Source of the DNA: Camelus dromedarius
Taxonomy: Eukaryota
DNA: 64,000 nt
Direction of reading: 5' to 3'
Assembly (NCBI RefSeq): GCF_036321535.1
Contig: NC_087454.1
Coordinates: forward strand, 17,484,001 to 17,548,000
Below, one piece after another: positions 11,000-24,306 of this stretch (the first letter of the stretch is position 1; every line of letters starts with the position of its first letter). A program made the translations under genes and the position numbers. Below the pieces are notes generated by a model. It was given only the letters and a program-made list of their open reading frames with translations. It did no database searches and was not told the origin of the DNA.

Positions 11000-11481
11000 T
11001 GTTGCTGAATCCTGGCCCCTGTACCCTCTTTTCGAATCAAGGTTCAGAGGCAGTTTTGGGGAAGAGGAAAGAATAGCTTTATTTCTTTGCCAGGCAAAGT
11101 GGGTCACAGTGGGCTGTTGCCTCAGGTGTGCGAGGCTGTTTGGGGAGGAGTGGTAGGGAGTTTTATAGTGAAAATCCAAGGAACAGGGCTTTAGATAAGA
11201 TGCAGGGCTTCATTCCTTTCTTCTCTGATACAATTACAGTGGTGTACAGGGTAATCTGGTGACAAGGTCTTCTGTTCTTGGGAGTTCACCAGCCTTATCT
11301 CCTGACATTCTTGTGCCTGGAACAAAGGGCACTCATAGGAAAGGGGGGGCGGGTGGTATACATCTTGGGAAAAGAAAAAGTATGTGCAATTAAAATAAAA
11401 CCAGATTCAAGGATATCTCACAGAAATCATTTGAGGTTACTATTAAGTGACTATAATCACTGTGCCCACTGTGCGGTTACA
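11000..11481 (-). mobile_element. Solo ERV1-type LTR with 4-bp TSD
   Basis: Minus-strand TGTAAC...CAACA termini; TSD CTTC at 10996-10999 and 11482-11485; minus-strand TATA (11161-11168) and AATAAA (11078-11083). Confidence 0.75.
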
Positions 11482-11514
11482 CTTCAACATCTGAATTAAG
11501 GGGAACACAATAAT

Positions 11515-11690
11515 TTGAAGCAGTTTCAAAATTAAACGTACGCTAAAATCACCTGAAGGATCACTGGGCCCCACCTCATAGTGTTCTGATTCACTACAAC
11601 TGGAGGAGGATCCAATCATTTGGATTTCTAAATTAAGAAGATGGTGCTGTTGCTGCTGGTCTAGGGATAACACTTGGAGAACTGTGCTTT
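11515..11690. mobile_element. hAT DNA transposon fossil (MER5A-like)
   Basis: AATCACCTG...CTGGGCCCCACC...TTCTGATTCA...GCTGCTGGTCTAGGGA...ACACTTGGAGAAC. Confidence 0.6.
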
Positions 11691-11779
11691 AGGACATGAG
11701 GTTTCCTTGAGATACTACCAAACAGCCCCACAAAACTGAAAAAACACATTGAAGTTTAAACTGGAAGTGTGTACTGAAA

Positions 11780-12396
11780 ATGAGCACCTCCTCCCCCCGC
11801 GCGGCCAAGCTAGGGTGCACATCACAATGTGGGCACTACATGCCCTGCCTCTGCCGGCTCCCCTCCACCCCTCCACGCCAACTCTCTCATTGGGCCCTCC
11901 CGCCACGCCCCTTCCATACCGGCTCCCTCATTGGGCCGACCCGTCGCGCCCCTCAATGTCGGCTCCCTCATTGGGGCGTCTCATTCAGCCACCCGTTCAT
12001 CCGCTGCCCGCAGAACCGCAAGTTACGTATACACCGGGTAACGCCATTCGCGCTCCTCCTCTCCGGCCTGCAGTTTGAACCCGCGAGGTTTCCCTGTGGC
12101 CGCCCCTGCTAGTGCGCAGACTCTGCCGACGCAGCCTCTCTCTTCTGGCAACCACAGGACGCCGGAGAGTCCGAACGATGCGCCGGGTCATCCGCAGATA
12201 AAGACACAGAACCGAGCAGTCTGAAGACAAAGAAGCAAGGCAACAGCCCCTCCTTCTCACCCCCTGCACTGGTTTTTCTCCTCCTCTCCCAACTTTTTCT
12301 GAGTTGTCATTTCCTTCATAGCTAATCCCCAAGAGCCCTGCCTTGCGCCACCTCTCTGCTTATTGTCAGCACTTTTATCGGGCACTTTGTGTGAGT
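11780..12396 (+). promoter_or_regulatory. Orphan CpG-island promoter with three CCAAT/GC-box repeats and a putative non-coding first exon
   Basis: CpG-rich; ATTGG at 11889, 11930 and 11970 within ~40-bp imperfect repeats; CCACGCCC box; Inr-like CTCATTC ~11979; GTGAGT donor 12391-12396. Confidence 0.6.
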
Positions 12397-12857
12397 ATTA
12401 AGTGCGTGTATATGTGGCATCCATTAGGCATAGTGGACACAGGGCCTACGGCCCACAGTACTTTTAGAGGCTTACTAAGATACTTGAATTTGTAAACTTT
12501 TAGGTTGATGGAAACGTTCTAATATATTGATGCTTTGATTTTTATATAACTTTAGTAATTATATTATTTTTGTTATTTTTATGGAGGAAGGGATCCAGAA
12601 AGGCAGATGTGCATAGGACCCACAAAAGATAATGCAGCCTTGAGTTCAGGTAGCACGGACCTGTTTCCAGTTTTTTTATTTAAAAATAACTAAATAAATA
12701 ATGGTAAATAAACACCCAAAATTCTAAGTGCTTTCTAGATGTTAACTGATTTACTTTTCATAACACACCTGTGAACTATTGTTACCCCAATTTATCTGGA
12801 TATATGAGTTACCCAAAGCTCAAAATAATTCACCCAATGTTACTCAGCTAATAAATC

Positions 12858-12986
12858 GCAGAGGTTATAGCTCAGTGGTAAAGTGCATGCTTAGCATGCA
12901 CGAGATCCTGGGTTCAATCCTTAATACCTCCATTAAAAAGTAAATAAACAAGTAAACCTGATTACCTCCCGTGGCAAAAGAAAAAA
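12858..12986 (+). mobile_element. tRNA-derived SINE (camelid vic-1-like)
   Basis: TATAGCTCAGTGGTAAAGTGCATGCTTAGCATGCACGAGATCCTGGGTTCAATCC plus A-rich tail. Confidence 0.85.
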
Positions 12987-14049
12987 ATTATATATATGTA
13001 TATATAGCAGAGGGTATTCTCACCCAGGCTGTTTAGCTCCAGGATCCCTAACCTAAAAACCATTGCACTAAAGATATTATCTCGAGATAACTCTAAACAG
13101 TTAATCCAAAAAAACAGCAGATAAGATAACCACTTAACTCTAGACAAGCTAATGTGAGCAGTCTTCTCCACTTTGCCAATATAGACTTGAACAAACACTA
13201 GCAGACTTTTTAGCAGCTCAAGGCCTAGGATGCCCCCAGCCCCTCTTAAAGAGCCTACGCAAGTCAAGACCTACTATTCATTTCATGTTTTTCCTTTTCT
13301 GTTTTGTTTTTGTTTGTCATTTTTTAAAGAATCATCTTGACATTTTTGCTCATCAACATGAATTTGACAGTGCTCCATCAAAAAATCCAGTGAGGCTTTG
13401 TGACATAAAGTTGAAATTTTAGATTATTTTGAAATTTATGGACATTTTAGCCTATTGAGACACTCCAAACATAAAAATAGTCCATCACTTAATTTAGGTG
13501 AGTCTTCTTTCATGTCCTTTAATAACACTTCATAGTTATATTCCTAGAAATCTGTGTGTGTGTTGCTCCTGTCCAGTTTAGGTGAAGTTACATAACTTGC
13601 GAAGAATAAAAGGAAGATAGCTATTTTTCTATTGAAACAGCTTATGCAAAATAAGGATTATCAATTACTTAAATTTCACTAAAACCTATAAAATCTAAGT
13701 GTGCTTGGAAAGCTTTGGGCTCAAGACTATAGGAGAGATATATTTTCAAACCACCTATCATATTTCCTTAATCATAACTTGTTTATTCAGCCTATACTTT
13801 TCTATTAAGATTAATTTTTTTTTGTAAAAGTTGTTGATAACATTCTCATGGTTCTTTCCATCCCCCTTTCAGTAGGTAATTTCCCTTTTTTATTTCTATA
13901 ACTTATTTCCCCCTCTCCCCTACACACACTTTTTTTCATGACTAGTCTTTCTAGAGGTTTGCATATTATAACTAGGTTTTCAGAGAACAAACTTGTGGTT
14001 TATGGATCATCTCCATTTTTTTCCTTTTCAATTTTGTCTTCCTTTTAAA

Positions 14050-15100
14050 TTTCAAAAATTGACATTGAAAATAAAATGTCAATGTACAAATCCATGAGAA
14101 TATATGAACAGTTAGATGTAATAGAGCTCAACAATTTGATGGATATATGAGCACCACATAAAAATTTATGGCCTTCCTACTTGTTAGCGGAGACCTACCT
14201 TGTAATAGAAGAACCAGGAATCATTCAGAAGAGTGCAACACATTCTAAGAATTCTAAGTCCAATTGTTTCTGCTTAATTTTGATTTATTCTATTGTTCTT
14301 TTTCTAGCTTTTTTTTTTGATAAATACCTAGTTCCTGTCTTCAGTGTTTCGTGTTCATGCATTCATCTAATATTGTATATTTCCAATCTTACCACTTCAG
14401 ATATATCCTACAATTTTCACATGTATTAGTCTCATTCATATTTATCTCAGAATATTAAATAGTTTCCCTTATGAACTTCATTCTAATCCATGATATTTAG
14501 ACGTGTGCTTTTAGTATTCAATGATATGGGATGATTGTTTTATTTTTACTATCTTTAAAAAATTATTTTTTATCGCTATTTAATTGGATTATGAAAAAAG
14601 AGTGCAGTGTTTATGAAACTGTTTCTTTGGTATCTATTGTGACTTTTTCTAAAGCCAAGATTGAATTTCTGAAATGGTTAAATGTGTGCTTTTAAATATT
14701 GGATATTCTCTATGTGTTAAGTGCAGGAATAATAGACAGATCAAGTTTATTCATTGTGGTGTTCACATATTCTATAACTATGCACATTTTTCTATTCTTG
14801 TTATGTGAATTTTTGAGGAGTATATTGAAAATTTGCCCTACAATCATGAACTTGAAATTCTCCTATGTCTCCCATTTATTGAGTTACATACTGGTTGTGT
14901 GGTCAGGTGCATACAAGGTCCTGAATGTTACATCTTAGTAGTAGATCTTTATTTGATCATTGTGGAGTGTAGGGGTTATTTTATTTGTAGAAATTCTATT
15001 TTATTATTTTTGATTAACTTATTTTATTTCTCCTTGTTCCTTGATTGTATAATCCTATTTTGATTTATTTCTTTAAGCTTTCAGTAAATACTTTACTGTC
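14050..15100. mobile_element. Old L1 (L1M-type) fragments
   Basis: AT-rich, decayed L1 ORF2/3'UTR-like text in both orientations; recognised by eye only. Confidence 0.4.
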
Positions 15101-16559
15101 TCTCATCATTTCAATATCTGAAATTATTAGTCTTAAGGAAAGGGGATCTAAGACTCTTATTTATTTGGAAACGTGACTCTCCAGTATCTGTTTTCCTCTT
15201 CTATGTGATAACATTTAGTATAAGCTTATATTTGGTAGTCCCTAGTTCATAGTAGGGTGTCTGGCACGTAAGAGGTGCTCAATAAATAATTGCTGAATAA
15301 ATAAATCACAAACACTCTGTGTATATAGAGAGAAATTGAATTCAAGATGCTTTCTTCCTGAAGGGGTTTGCCTTTGCCTTCACAGGGCACTAGGAGGCGC
15401 TCTGAACCTGTATCACTAATTTCAGGAATCTTTCATTGAAACCCCAGATTCTTCATAAATGGTTAAATCCCAGTGGCAGATTTCTTCTGTCCTCCACACA
15501 GTCCTGCAGAGACAGACAGGTTTTCTTCGGAATCTTTGCTAGATTAACCTTCCTCTAACCTATCGTTTCTCCAAGGGTCCTGAGTTTAGTTTAAGTCTTC
15601 TCCAAGGAGAAGACATTAATTGACAAAGCCCAGAATCTTGTTAATGATATTTGCCTCCGGGAACCAATCAAGTGTATTTATCACTCTGGTTTCAGCTCCT
15701 AGGTTTTTCATTGCTTTGGAGGTTTCCGGGAATTTCCCGCGGTTTCTTGTTAGCTGGGCAATGATGTGCTACTGTTTTGTTGTAGTTTATCTGGTCTTTA
15801 GGTGTTTTGCTTCAGGAGGGCTTTGTATCCAGAATATCTTGTTTTCTGTATTGGAAATAAAATTTCTTACAATGTCTCTCTCTATTCCTACTAATACTTT
15901 TAGCTTAAAAGTGTGTCTGATATTAATATTGCTAACTTGCTCTAGGTAACCATTCCCCAGGCATGTTTTCCTCTCATTCTTTTCTTTTGTTTGAATCTAT
16001 CCATGATTTATTTTCAAATCAAGTAAGAGGAGCACTTTTAATGCATATTTTTATTACACATATTCTTTTGCTTTATAAAAAAAGTAAACATCTAAAAGAT
16101 AAACTACTGTACCTTTGCAAGAACTCTAGCATATACTTTTCTGAGAGAGAAAAGACAACGTATAAAACTCCCATGTGATCACAATCATATAGCAAAATAT
16201 ACATTATTTCAGTTAATATCTATCATTATTTTGGAGTTACATTTTTTGTAATCCTAAAAAAAAGAAATCACTGTTCTTGGGTCTGGAGAGAATTTATATG
16301 GGGAAATGTATTTAATTAAGAGAATAGCAGTCAATTTTGTTTTAAAATTAACAATCCTGGGGTCCAGGTAACACCTTTCACCTCATCATCAAATGATCAC
16401 TGCCTCAGAGGAGTTTAGAACAATTGGGATTCAGGAGCTTTGCCTAGACAGACAATTTTCATGTTCTCCAACATATATTTCTATAAATAATTATTATAGT
16501 TCATTAATTTCACTTAATAATACACTTAACATAAAACCAAATGTGTTTATTATTTTACT

Positions 16560-17340
16560 TTTTTTTTTTTTAAACATCAGACCCAGCAAGATTTAAAGGA
16601 GATGTCTTTGGTTATAACAAACAATATTGACCTTTAATCTGAGCCTTGTGTCCTGGGAAATAGTGATTATTAAAGAAATTCTCCCCCTTTTTGTGTTCCA
16701 AAAATGATTTATTGCAAGGAACCACCTTTTCCCCCTGTGACTTAGATAAGACTCAAAAAAACCAACTCCTGGTGGGAAGGGTATATAGCTCAGTGGTAGA
16801 GTGCCTACTTAGCTTGCAAGAGGTCATTGGTTCAATCCTCAGTACCTCCATTTAAAAACATTAATTAAATTTAAAAAACAACTCCTTGTCTACCTAGGAC
16901 AAGGCAAGACACAGGAACCCCTAAATTCCCATTCTTTGCCTCAAAACTGATAACCTGAACTGATAAATGGGAGCAATATACTTTGTCAACCAAAACCTAG
17001 TTACATTTTCTGTATCCCCCCAGGTCCTAGAACTTTGACCCACCCTCAGCCTGAGCCACTTTACCATCCCTTCTTAAGGGTCCCTTCTGATAGTTGGCTG
17101 GCCTGGAGGTAAAACATGTTTTACCAATGTTTCATCAAGGCACTTTTTCATCCCACTTTTCCTATGTCATACTCAATTTTTTTTTAGTCTTGTTTACTCT
17201 TCCCTAAGAAGGAAATTCCTTTTGGCTTCAGCCAAATAGAAGCTTAATGATCATATGCAGTAGTCCCTTTCACCTCCTATCAACAGTCCTTTAAAAAAAG
17301 GCTCTCTTTACCAAGTCTGAATCTGTTTTTCATTTAAAAC
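16560..17340 (+). mobile_element. ERV1-type LTR (MER34/39-like) interrupted by a SINE
   Basis: GACAAGGCAAGACACAG...AAATTCCCATTCTTTGCCTCA...CTGAACTG; boundaries approximate. Confidence 0.45.
16774..16878 (+). mobile_element. tRNA-derived SINE
   Basis: GGGTATATAGCTCAGTGGTAGAGTG...GGTTCAATCCTCAGTACCTCC; flanked by near-identical AAAAAAC(C)AACTCCT repeats (TSD). Confidence 0.85.
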
Positions 17341-19454
17341 AACTCATGGACTATTTTGCCCTGTACACTGTGTGTTATTACTAAATTCACGTAGGTATGG
17401 AATAAACACTTTAGTTTGGGTCAGTCCTCACCACTCTTCAGTGTTATATAGATCTGTTCACCTGTGTAGAGGTTATAGCCTCTATTGATGATTACTACAT
17501 TTAAATTAGTTGCCTGTTTCCTTTGAGACAGGAGGGAAGGGGGCAGGGCACACCTATTAAAAGAATAACACAGTAATGAGCACCAAGATGGCCAAAGATT
17601 CAATTCCCAGTAGATCTTGAGGCCCAAGAGAGTAGAAGATTTGACTTCCAGCACACCTTGAGCTTAATTATATGCTCGTTGTAATATATTATCATGGTAA
17701 ATGGCACTGACACAAGTGCTATGACAGAAATTTTGGGGTGAAATTTCATGGGGTGGCTGAAATATGTGTAAATTTAGAGAAATCAAACCCAAAATGATTG
17801 GATATTGATTTAACTCTACAGCTTTGGGTCTTAATCAGTGGTTTTCAACTTTATGTATAATGGAAATACATCAAACTCTCAACTAGTAAATTATTAAGTA
17901 GATGATATTGTGAAGCTAATATCAACTAAAAATAGATAGAGCTAATAGCAATCACTGAATCCCTCTCTCTATGATTTGCTTTATCTATATTTTGTCTCTC
18001 CAAAATACTGTCTCATTCTCCAGATAAATTTCTCCTTTTGCCCCACTCTTCCCCCTCTGCCTCTTTTTCCATTGGGTCTTTTTCTCTTTCTCTCCCTATG
18101 CCTTTGCCATTTTTTCTTTAATCTAGTAATTTTCTTTCTCATTTTTCTCTCTCCTCTTCCTACATAGACTAGGTATATCATAGAATCAAGGGGTTTTTTG
18201 TTTGTTTGTTTGTTTTTTGTTTTTGTTTTTGTTTTCATTTTTAACAGTCTCTTTCAGTCATTTAAGAAATGCTCTATTTTCCATGCTTCTAAAGTTAGAT
18301 GAAACCACAAAAAACTTTTCTTTTTTTTCCTAAAACAGCCTACCATAAGCAAGTGGGAGACTTATAAAGGATTCAGATTCAAGCCAGACTGCTTAAATCA
18401 GTATTCTGGCTCCACAATTTACATGGGATTTGGGGTAAAGGCCTTGTCTCATATCCTCTCCTTTCCTTTTTTGCTAAACGGAGGGTAGAAAAAATCAGGT
18501 AGGGTTTTATGATTAAATAATATAATACATATAAAGGATGTTATCTATTATTCCAAACATTGCTACATGGGCTAAATTGGTGATAAGGAAAAATATAGAG
18601 GTTGAATAATTCTTCAGTAGATTTCCTCCTCAATACCAAAGTGAGAAAAACAAATTAACTACTTTGTGCCTTTGTTAGTTGCCAGCCTGCCGCATGCAAC
18701 TTGCTGCCCTGAATTTACTGCCAGCAGGGGAAACTGAAAGGTGGGGCAGTCTAGAAAGTCTTACAAACATCAAAGTGAAATTCAGGGGAAACACCTCCCT
18801 ACAGAAAGGAAAGATGGTAATGGAAGAACTAGCTAAGTAGCCGGTTTCTAATAGTGATAATAGTAAATTGTAAATAAAGCTGTTAAACAACACGATCTAC
18901 TGTTTTAGTTGCTTTGTGGTTTTTGTTTTCTTTTGTTTTGTTGATATTTTCACTAGATATAGGGAAGAACAATTTCTCATCCACTTTTGTGGATAAACTG
19001 GGTATGATATGATCGTTTCCAATACAAAGCACTGCAGCGTATTGGCTATGAAATTCTTGTCTTTCTTGCCTCCCTTCAAGCCACGTAATTTTAATCACTG
19101 ACATATATTTTCACACTATAGTTTTGCATTTTGGATACAGTTGGAAACACTGTCTTCGGAATAGTTTGGATGACCGTAGATAGCTTATTTCTTCCTTTCC
19201 CTGTCACTGGTCTAGAGTCTGGATTCAAATGAAGAGGTACAGATTTTCCAGGAGTTTCAAAGGGCCTTGCAAATCTGAGAGTTGACCAGTGAATGAGCTC
19301 TGCCTCTTTGGTATTTCAAAATACTGCGGAGAGTGACTTCTAGCTTTTAAATTTAGCAAACTAATCTGAATTATTATAAACGACTCGGAATTCACAAATT
19401 AGGTTAACTAGATTAAAGTAGCCGGCCTGATTGCTGGAAAACTGTCTCATGATA

Positions 19455-19570
19455 TATCCAATGGGAGAGTAGATCTCGAGTTTATTATTTGCATGCAAAC
19501 GTATCGATAAATGAACGAATCAGCAGTTGCGAAGCAAAGACTTCATTTGCATAATACTGCCTACAAATAG
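19455..19570 (+). promoter_or_regulatory. H2B promoter (CCAAT, two octamers, variant TATA)
   Basis: ATTTGCAT at 19487-19494 and 19545-19552; TACAAATA in the TATA position ~19562. Confidence 0.8.
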
Positions 19571-19584
19571 GCCGGAGCCGATAA

Positions 19585-20004
<420 letters not shown>

Positions 20005-20033
20005 NNNNNNNNNNNNNNNNGGTCAAACCCAAA

Positions 20034-20049
20034 GGCTCTTTTTAGAGCC
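20034..20049 (+). terminator. Histone stem-loop
   Basis: GGCTCTTTTTAGAGCC, followed by AAGAGCTG HDE ~20068. Confidence 0.9.
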
Positions 20050-22421
20050 ACTTCACGTTTACACAGTAAGAGCTGTGCACTAGCAAGTGGTATTTCCTGA
20101 AAGCTAGGCTTCCAATCACTGTTACAGGTAGTACTTAAAATGCAGTTAGAAAGTTAACGGTTCTCAGGGGGGCAAATTCGCGTATTTTTCTGATTACCGT
20201 CCCGTGTACGAGGATTCCTAGCAGCGTAAGCGAACATGGGCTGACGTCCTAGCACTAACCCCTAGTTATTTGACTTCCTGATCACCTTTATGGAACATAC
20301 ACAGATGCTCTGTGGGCTGTTAGCGAGCTTCGGGAAACTCTCGTCTATGTTTTTGGTAAAAATACCACCTTGTAGCGTCTAATAGGTCAGAACAACATTT
20401 GAATCTCCCGCTCTTCAAAAGCGGAACTTCCTCTCTCTGATGTTGCGGATCTCCCGCCTTCTCATGTCCTTTTGTGTGGATCTAATTCCTTTTCACTCCC
20501 CCAGCCCTTTGCCTAGGGCTTTCGAATCCTGGCTAAGTATTTTAAGATTCTTTACAAACCTGATATATTGGCTGTAGTTCTCCAGTAAAGGAACAGCAGT
20601 TATTAATTTTTACTGTCGTTTTATCACTTTACTAAATTTTTGAAAACCTCTTGTCATTGGATTTTTTTTTTTTTGAAGATTACATTCCTCTACGCACTCT
20701 ACTGACGTTTTGCAGGCTAAACCTACAAAATTCACAGAATTTTCAATGTTCAGCACCAACTGTCTTCTCACCTGTGTGGTCACATAATATAAAGGTCAGC
20801 TCTTCAGCCTTCTAACCACCCTTTTCTTTTTCTCTTGGGAAGTCTCTTCTGAGCCCATCCCCCTCTCCTGCCTCCAGCTCCCCTTTCCCTGCTCAGTTCA
20901 GAAACCATGAAGCAATGCCAGTTCAGGAGGCAGACAGGAAGAACCCTGGAAGTAGATGTCTTTTAACAGTCTTGGGCTGAATTCTGAGGTTTGTGATCAC
21001 ATAATGCCCAAGAGACTAAACCCTGGGAGACTGAGTCAGGCGCTCCATTATTTCTCCGGAAACTGCAATGTAGGGGCTTCCTTCAGGAAGTTGGGTGGAA
21101 AAGGTTCAGTGGAGGGCATCTCACTCATAAATGGAAATATCAAGACACCCAAGAATCGCTCCCACTGTTCCTGAGAAACACTCCTAATCAGCCTACTCGG
21201 CTAGTCTATCTGGTCTCCCCTTTATTGTCTCAAAAAGGTAAATAAAATAAGCACAAAGAAACAAGTCTATATTTTTCAGGTTACCAAATTACAATGGAAT
21301 TTCAACTTTTCTTATTACCTTGATTTTAGTTTAAGTTAATACTTACACTCCATCATCCATAGTGAATTTTGTTTCCATTCCAGAGTCACCCTGGTTTTTT
21401 TGTTTTGTTTTTGTTTTTTTTTCTCTTCACAGCTTTTGGATGATACCCCACCGCACAAAACTAGAAATTCTGTGCTATGGCCACAGGCCTTGGAAAGTCC
21501 GGTCCTCACCTAACTTTTCAAGCCAAACTCAGAGAACTTTTTCTCTCTCGTTTTTTATTTTGTTTTATTTGTTTCTTTGTTGTTTCTCATTTTGGGTTTT
21601 GTTTTGTTTAGTTTTTTTCCCCATCCCTACAGTTTTTCAAATGCAAAGGCCAAGCTGCCTGCTTCTCTTCACTGTGGTGGTTGGCTGCAGCAGCTGATGA
21701 CTTGATGGCTTCAGGATTTGTTGTTTATTGATATGGCTTGCATTATCTTTTGTTAACAAATATGTGAGTCTGGAATTCAGAGGCAAATGGGGAATGGACA
21801 TACAAATTTTGAACATTTTCGCAATAGATATTTCAATGTCAGCATGGCATGAGATTGGAGATGACCCATGGAGAAAGAATAAAGAAGTGGGTTTATCCTG
21901 GAAGCAATCCAAATTTTAGTGAGAAAGAAGACAGAAAAAGATTCTAAATAGTGACAAGTAAGCTTGGAAGAAAACTAAGAGAGCAGAGTCACAAAAGTCA
22001 GGAAAATAGAGGGTTTCAAGAAAAAGGCCTTTTTTCAAACTGGTGTGATGTATATAGTTGGCTGAGAACAAACAAGAGCTTTGGACACAGGAAATGGAGA
22101 GCACTGGGAACTTGGGTTACAGGTAGTAAAGGGCAACCCAGACATCTTCTGGGACACCTTCATGATACCCTTTCTCTTGTGCCACTGTATCTCATTAATG
22201 CAGATATCTGCCTGCTGGATAAATCAGATTTCTTTGCCTAGAATTTGAGAAAAGGGACTAAAGAAAAAGACAGGCCTGAGTGTTCAGTATTTCCCTAAGC
22301 GTGGTTAGCAAACAACTTTCAAGAGAGCTTCTTATTTTGTTTAAATTACCTGGAATTGTTTAATGTTTGCATCCAAAAGAACTTTCATTAATACATTTGC
22401 CACTTCTCAAGAATACATGTA

Positions 22422-22917
22422 TGCTGCATCCAGCGCAGCTCTGGCCCGTGTCTGAGGACGGGTGGCGCAAGACTTAAGAAACAAAGAGACAAAATAAAGA
22501 GCAAAGATGGGACCAGGGAACTCAAGATCTCATGGATCTAGAGTGCTGAAATCCTGGCCAACATCATATTTCTTAGGAGTATAGAGCTCAGAAAAAAAAT
22601 GCAATCAAAGAGGTGGGGCTTTGGACATTCCATGCAATAAGCACTAAGTTCTGCTTACTGATAAATTCCAGGCCTATCCCTTCCAGGAACAATCACCCTC
22701 CTCAGTGTATGCAAAATTTCTAACTCTATCCTGTTATTACCTCCAGGACATCTCGAGATAGCAAATATATCCCCTGGGTTAAACCTCATGCTTTCATGCC
22801 AAAACAAAGTTCTATTAATGGATGATCTGGCTTTCCAGGACCGTCCATTGTTTTACCCTAAGGAAAAATCTGCCCTCCTTCGTGCCCTTATGGTAAACAT
22901 CAGGATTGCCCCTCACA
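22422..22917 (-). mobile_element. ERVK-like solo LTR
   Basis: Minus-strand TGTGAGGGG...GCAGCA; layout AAGAAACAAAGAGACAAAATAAAGAG...GGGACCAGGGAAC is like beta-type LTRs; no clean TSD found. Confidence 0.5.
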
Positions 22918-23329
22918 AATTTTCTTTAGCATAATACATGTTATAGGTCATCTACGTAAACAATTAAAACAAAGCAAGCATGTGCATTTTAAGCAAGTAA
23001 GTGTGAATATAATATTTTAAGCTCATGGAAATTTAGGTGCAGCTTGTTTCCCATCATATGTAAACTTATATTTCTTTAACACATACATAAAAACATTATC
23101 CTATGTTGTCTCACTCAGTCCTCACAAAAACACGAAGTTTCTCCTACATTATAGATAAGGGAACAGTGGTTAGTAATTTGCCACAGATCACAAAGATAGG
23201 AAATGGTAGTTCAGGATTAAAGTGTATATCTTCATGGTTCAAATGCCCCCTTTCTTTTTCTCTGGGCCTCTTTCATGTCATGAGAAATAAGAACCCTAAT
23301 AATAATAATACCAGTCATCAAAACAGAGC

Positions 23330-23470
23330 ATTTCCCATGGCCATGCACTGGCCAAAATGCTTAATATTTAATGTTATTTACCCCCAAACCAATAAGATAG
23401 GAACTACTGTTATCTCCATTTTACCGATGAGGAAACGCGCACAGGGAGGTTAAGTGACTTAACCAAAGAC
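23330..23470 (-). mobile_element. MIR
   Basis: TATCTCCATTTTACCGATGAGGAAAC...GGGAGGTTAAGTGACTT. Confidence 0.65.
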
Positions 23471-24050
23471 ACAAAGAGTACAAACTACCTTCTGTACAAG
23501 TTTTCCGGTTCCTTTTTATCTTTGAAGAGGGATATTGGGACTGTTTCTTGTAAACAGAACAAATGATTTACTCAGTGACACTGACTACTAAATATTTAGA
23601 CCCTACTATATATTTACCAAGAATAGCAATGGAAGGTAAGTTCAAAGAAAGCCTTAAGAAACAGTTCACGGACTTCTGCCTTAAACAGCCTAAAAATAAA
23701 CTCCCCACTATTTTTATTTACTCCTAAATCTTATGAGATACAGTTTGGGCCTTAACGCCTCTGAGAATCAAAATTTTTCAAAATGGGTTATCTTTCTTGC
23801 ATTCTAGTTACAGTGTAAAGGACTCATCTCACTTGTCAAGAATATATAGATCTATCGCACACAGTGAATAAATACATGTGCCAAATTTACTGCTGTTTGA
23901 TGTGTTCTTATGCATTTGGTCTGCCCTTTTCTCTGTAGCCCTAAATTTTGGATTTCTACAACCTCAGACTCCAAAATCCTAGACTCCAAGTTGTTCACAG
24001 GAATCCATGGAGCCCTGGGAATTGCTTGAATGAGCTCCATTAAATACCTG

Positions 24051-24054
<4 letters not shown>

Positions 24055-24083
<29 letters not shown>
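24055..24083. repeat. (CA)n microsatellite
   Basis: Direct reading of the sequence. Confidence 0.95.
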
Positions 24084-24089
<6 letters not shown>

Positions 24090-24159
24090 CGCACATATTC
24101 TCAAAGGAGCTTCTGATCCACATATTGAGAACTACACTCCTAAGGGAGACAGTACTTTG

Positions 24160-24306
24160 TTTTGGTTTTTGTTTTGTTTGTTCTGGTGGGGGGAGGTATT
24201 TAGGTTTATTCATTGATTTTATTCTTAGAGGAGGTACTGGGGATTGAACCTAGGACCTCATGCATGCTAAGCATGCACTCTACCACTTGAGCTATACCCT
24301 CCCCCA
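24160..24306 (-). mobile_element. Full-length tRNA-derived SINE with 14-bp TSD
   Basis: TSD GAGACAGTACTTTG at 24146-24159 and 24307-24320; minus-strand GGGGAGGGTATAGCTCAAGTGGTAGAGTGCATGCTTAGCATGCATGAGGTCCTAGGTTCAATCCCC. Confidence 0.9.

Noticed and set aside
11715-12332. Overlapping 60-110 aa ORFs in the CpG island
   Set aside because: Expected in GC-rich DNA; Pro/Arg-rich with no domain; treated as promoter or non-coding exon.
12858-12935. tRNA-Ala-like gene (also other copies)
   Set aside because: Degenerate cloverleaf, SINE tail, and TSDs in sister copies; these are SINEs, not tRNA genes.
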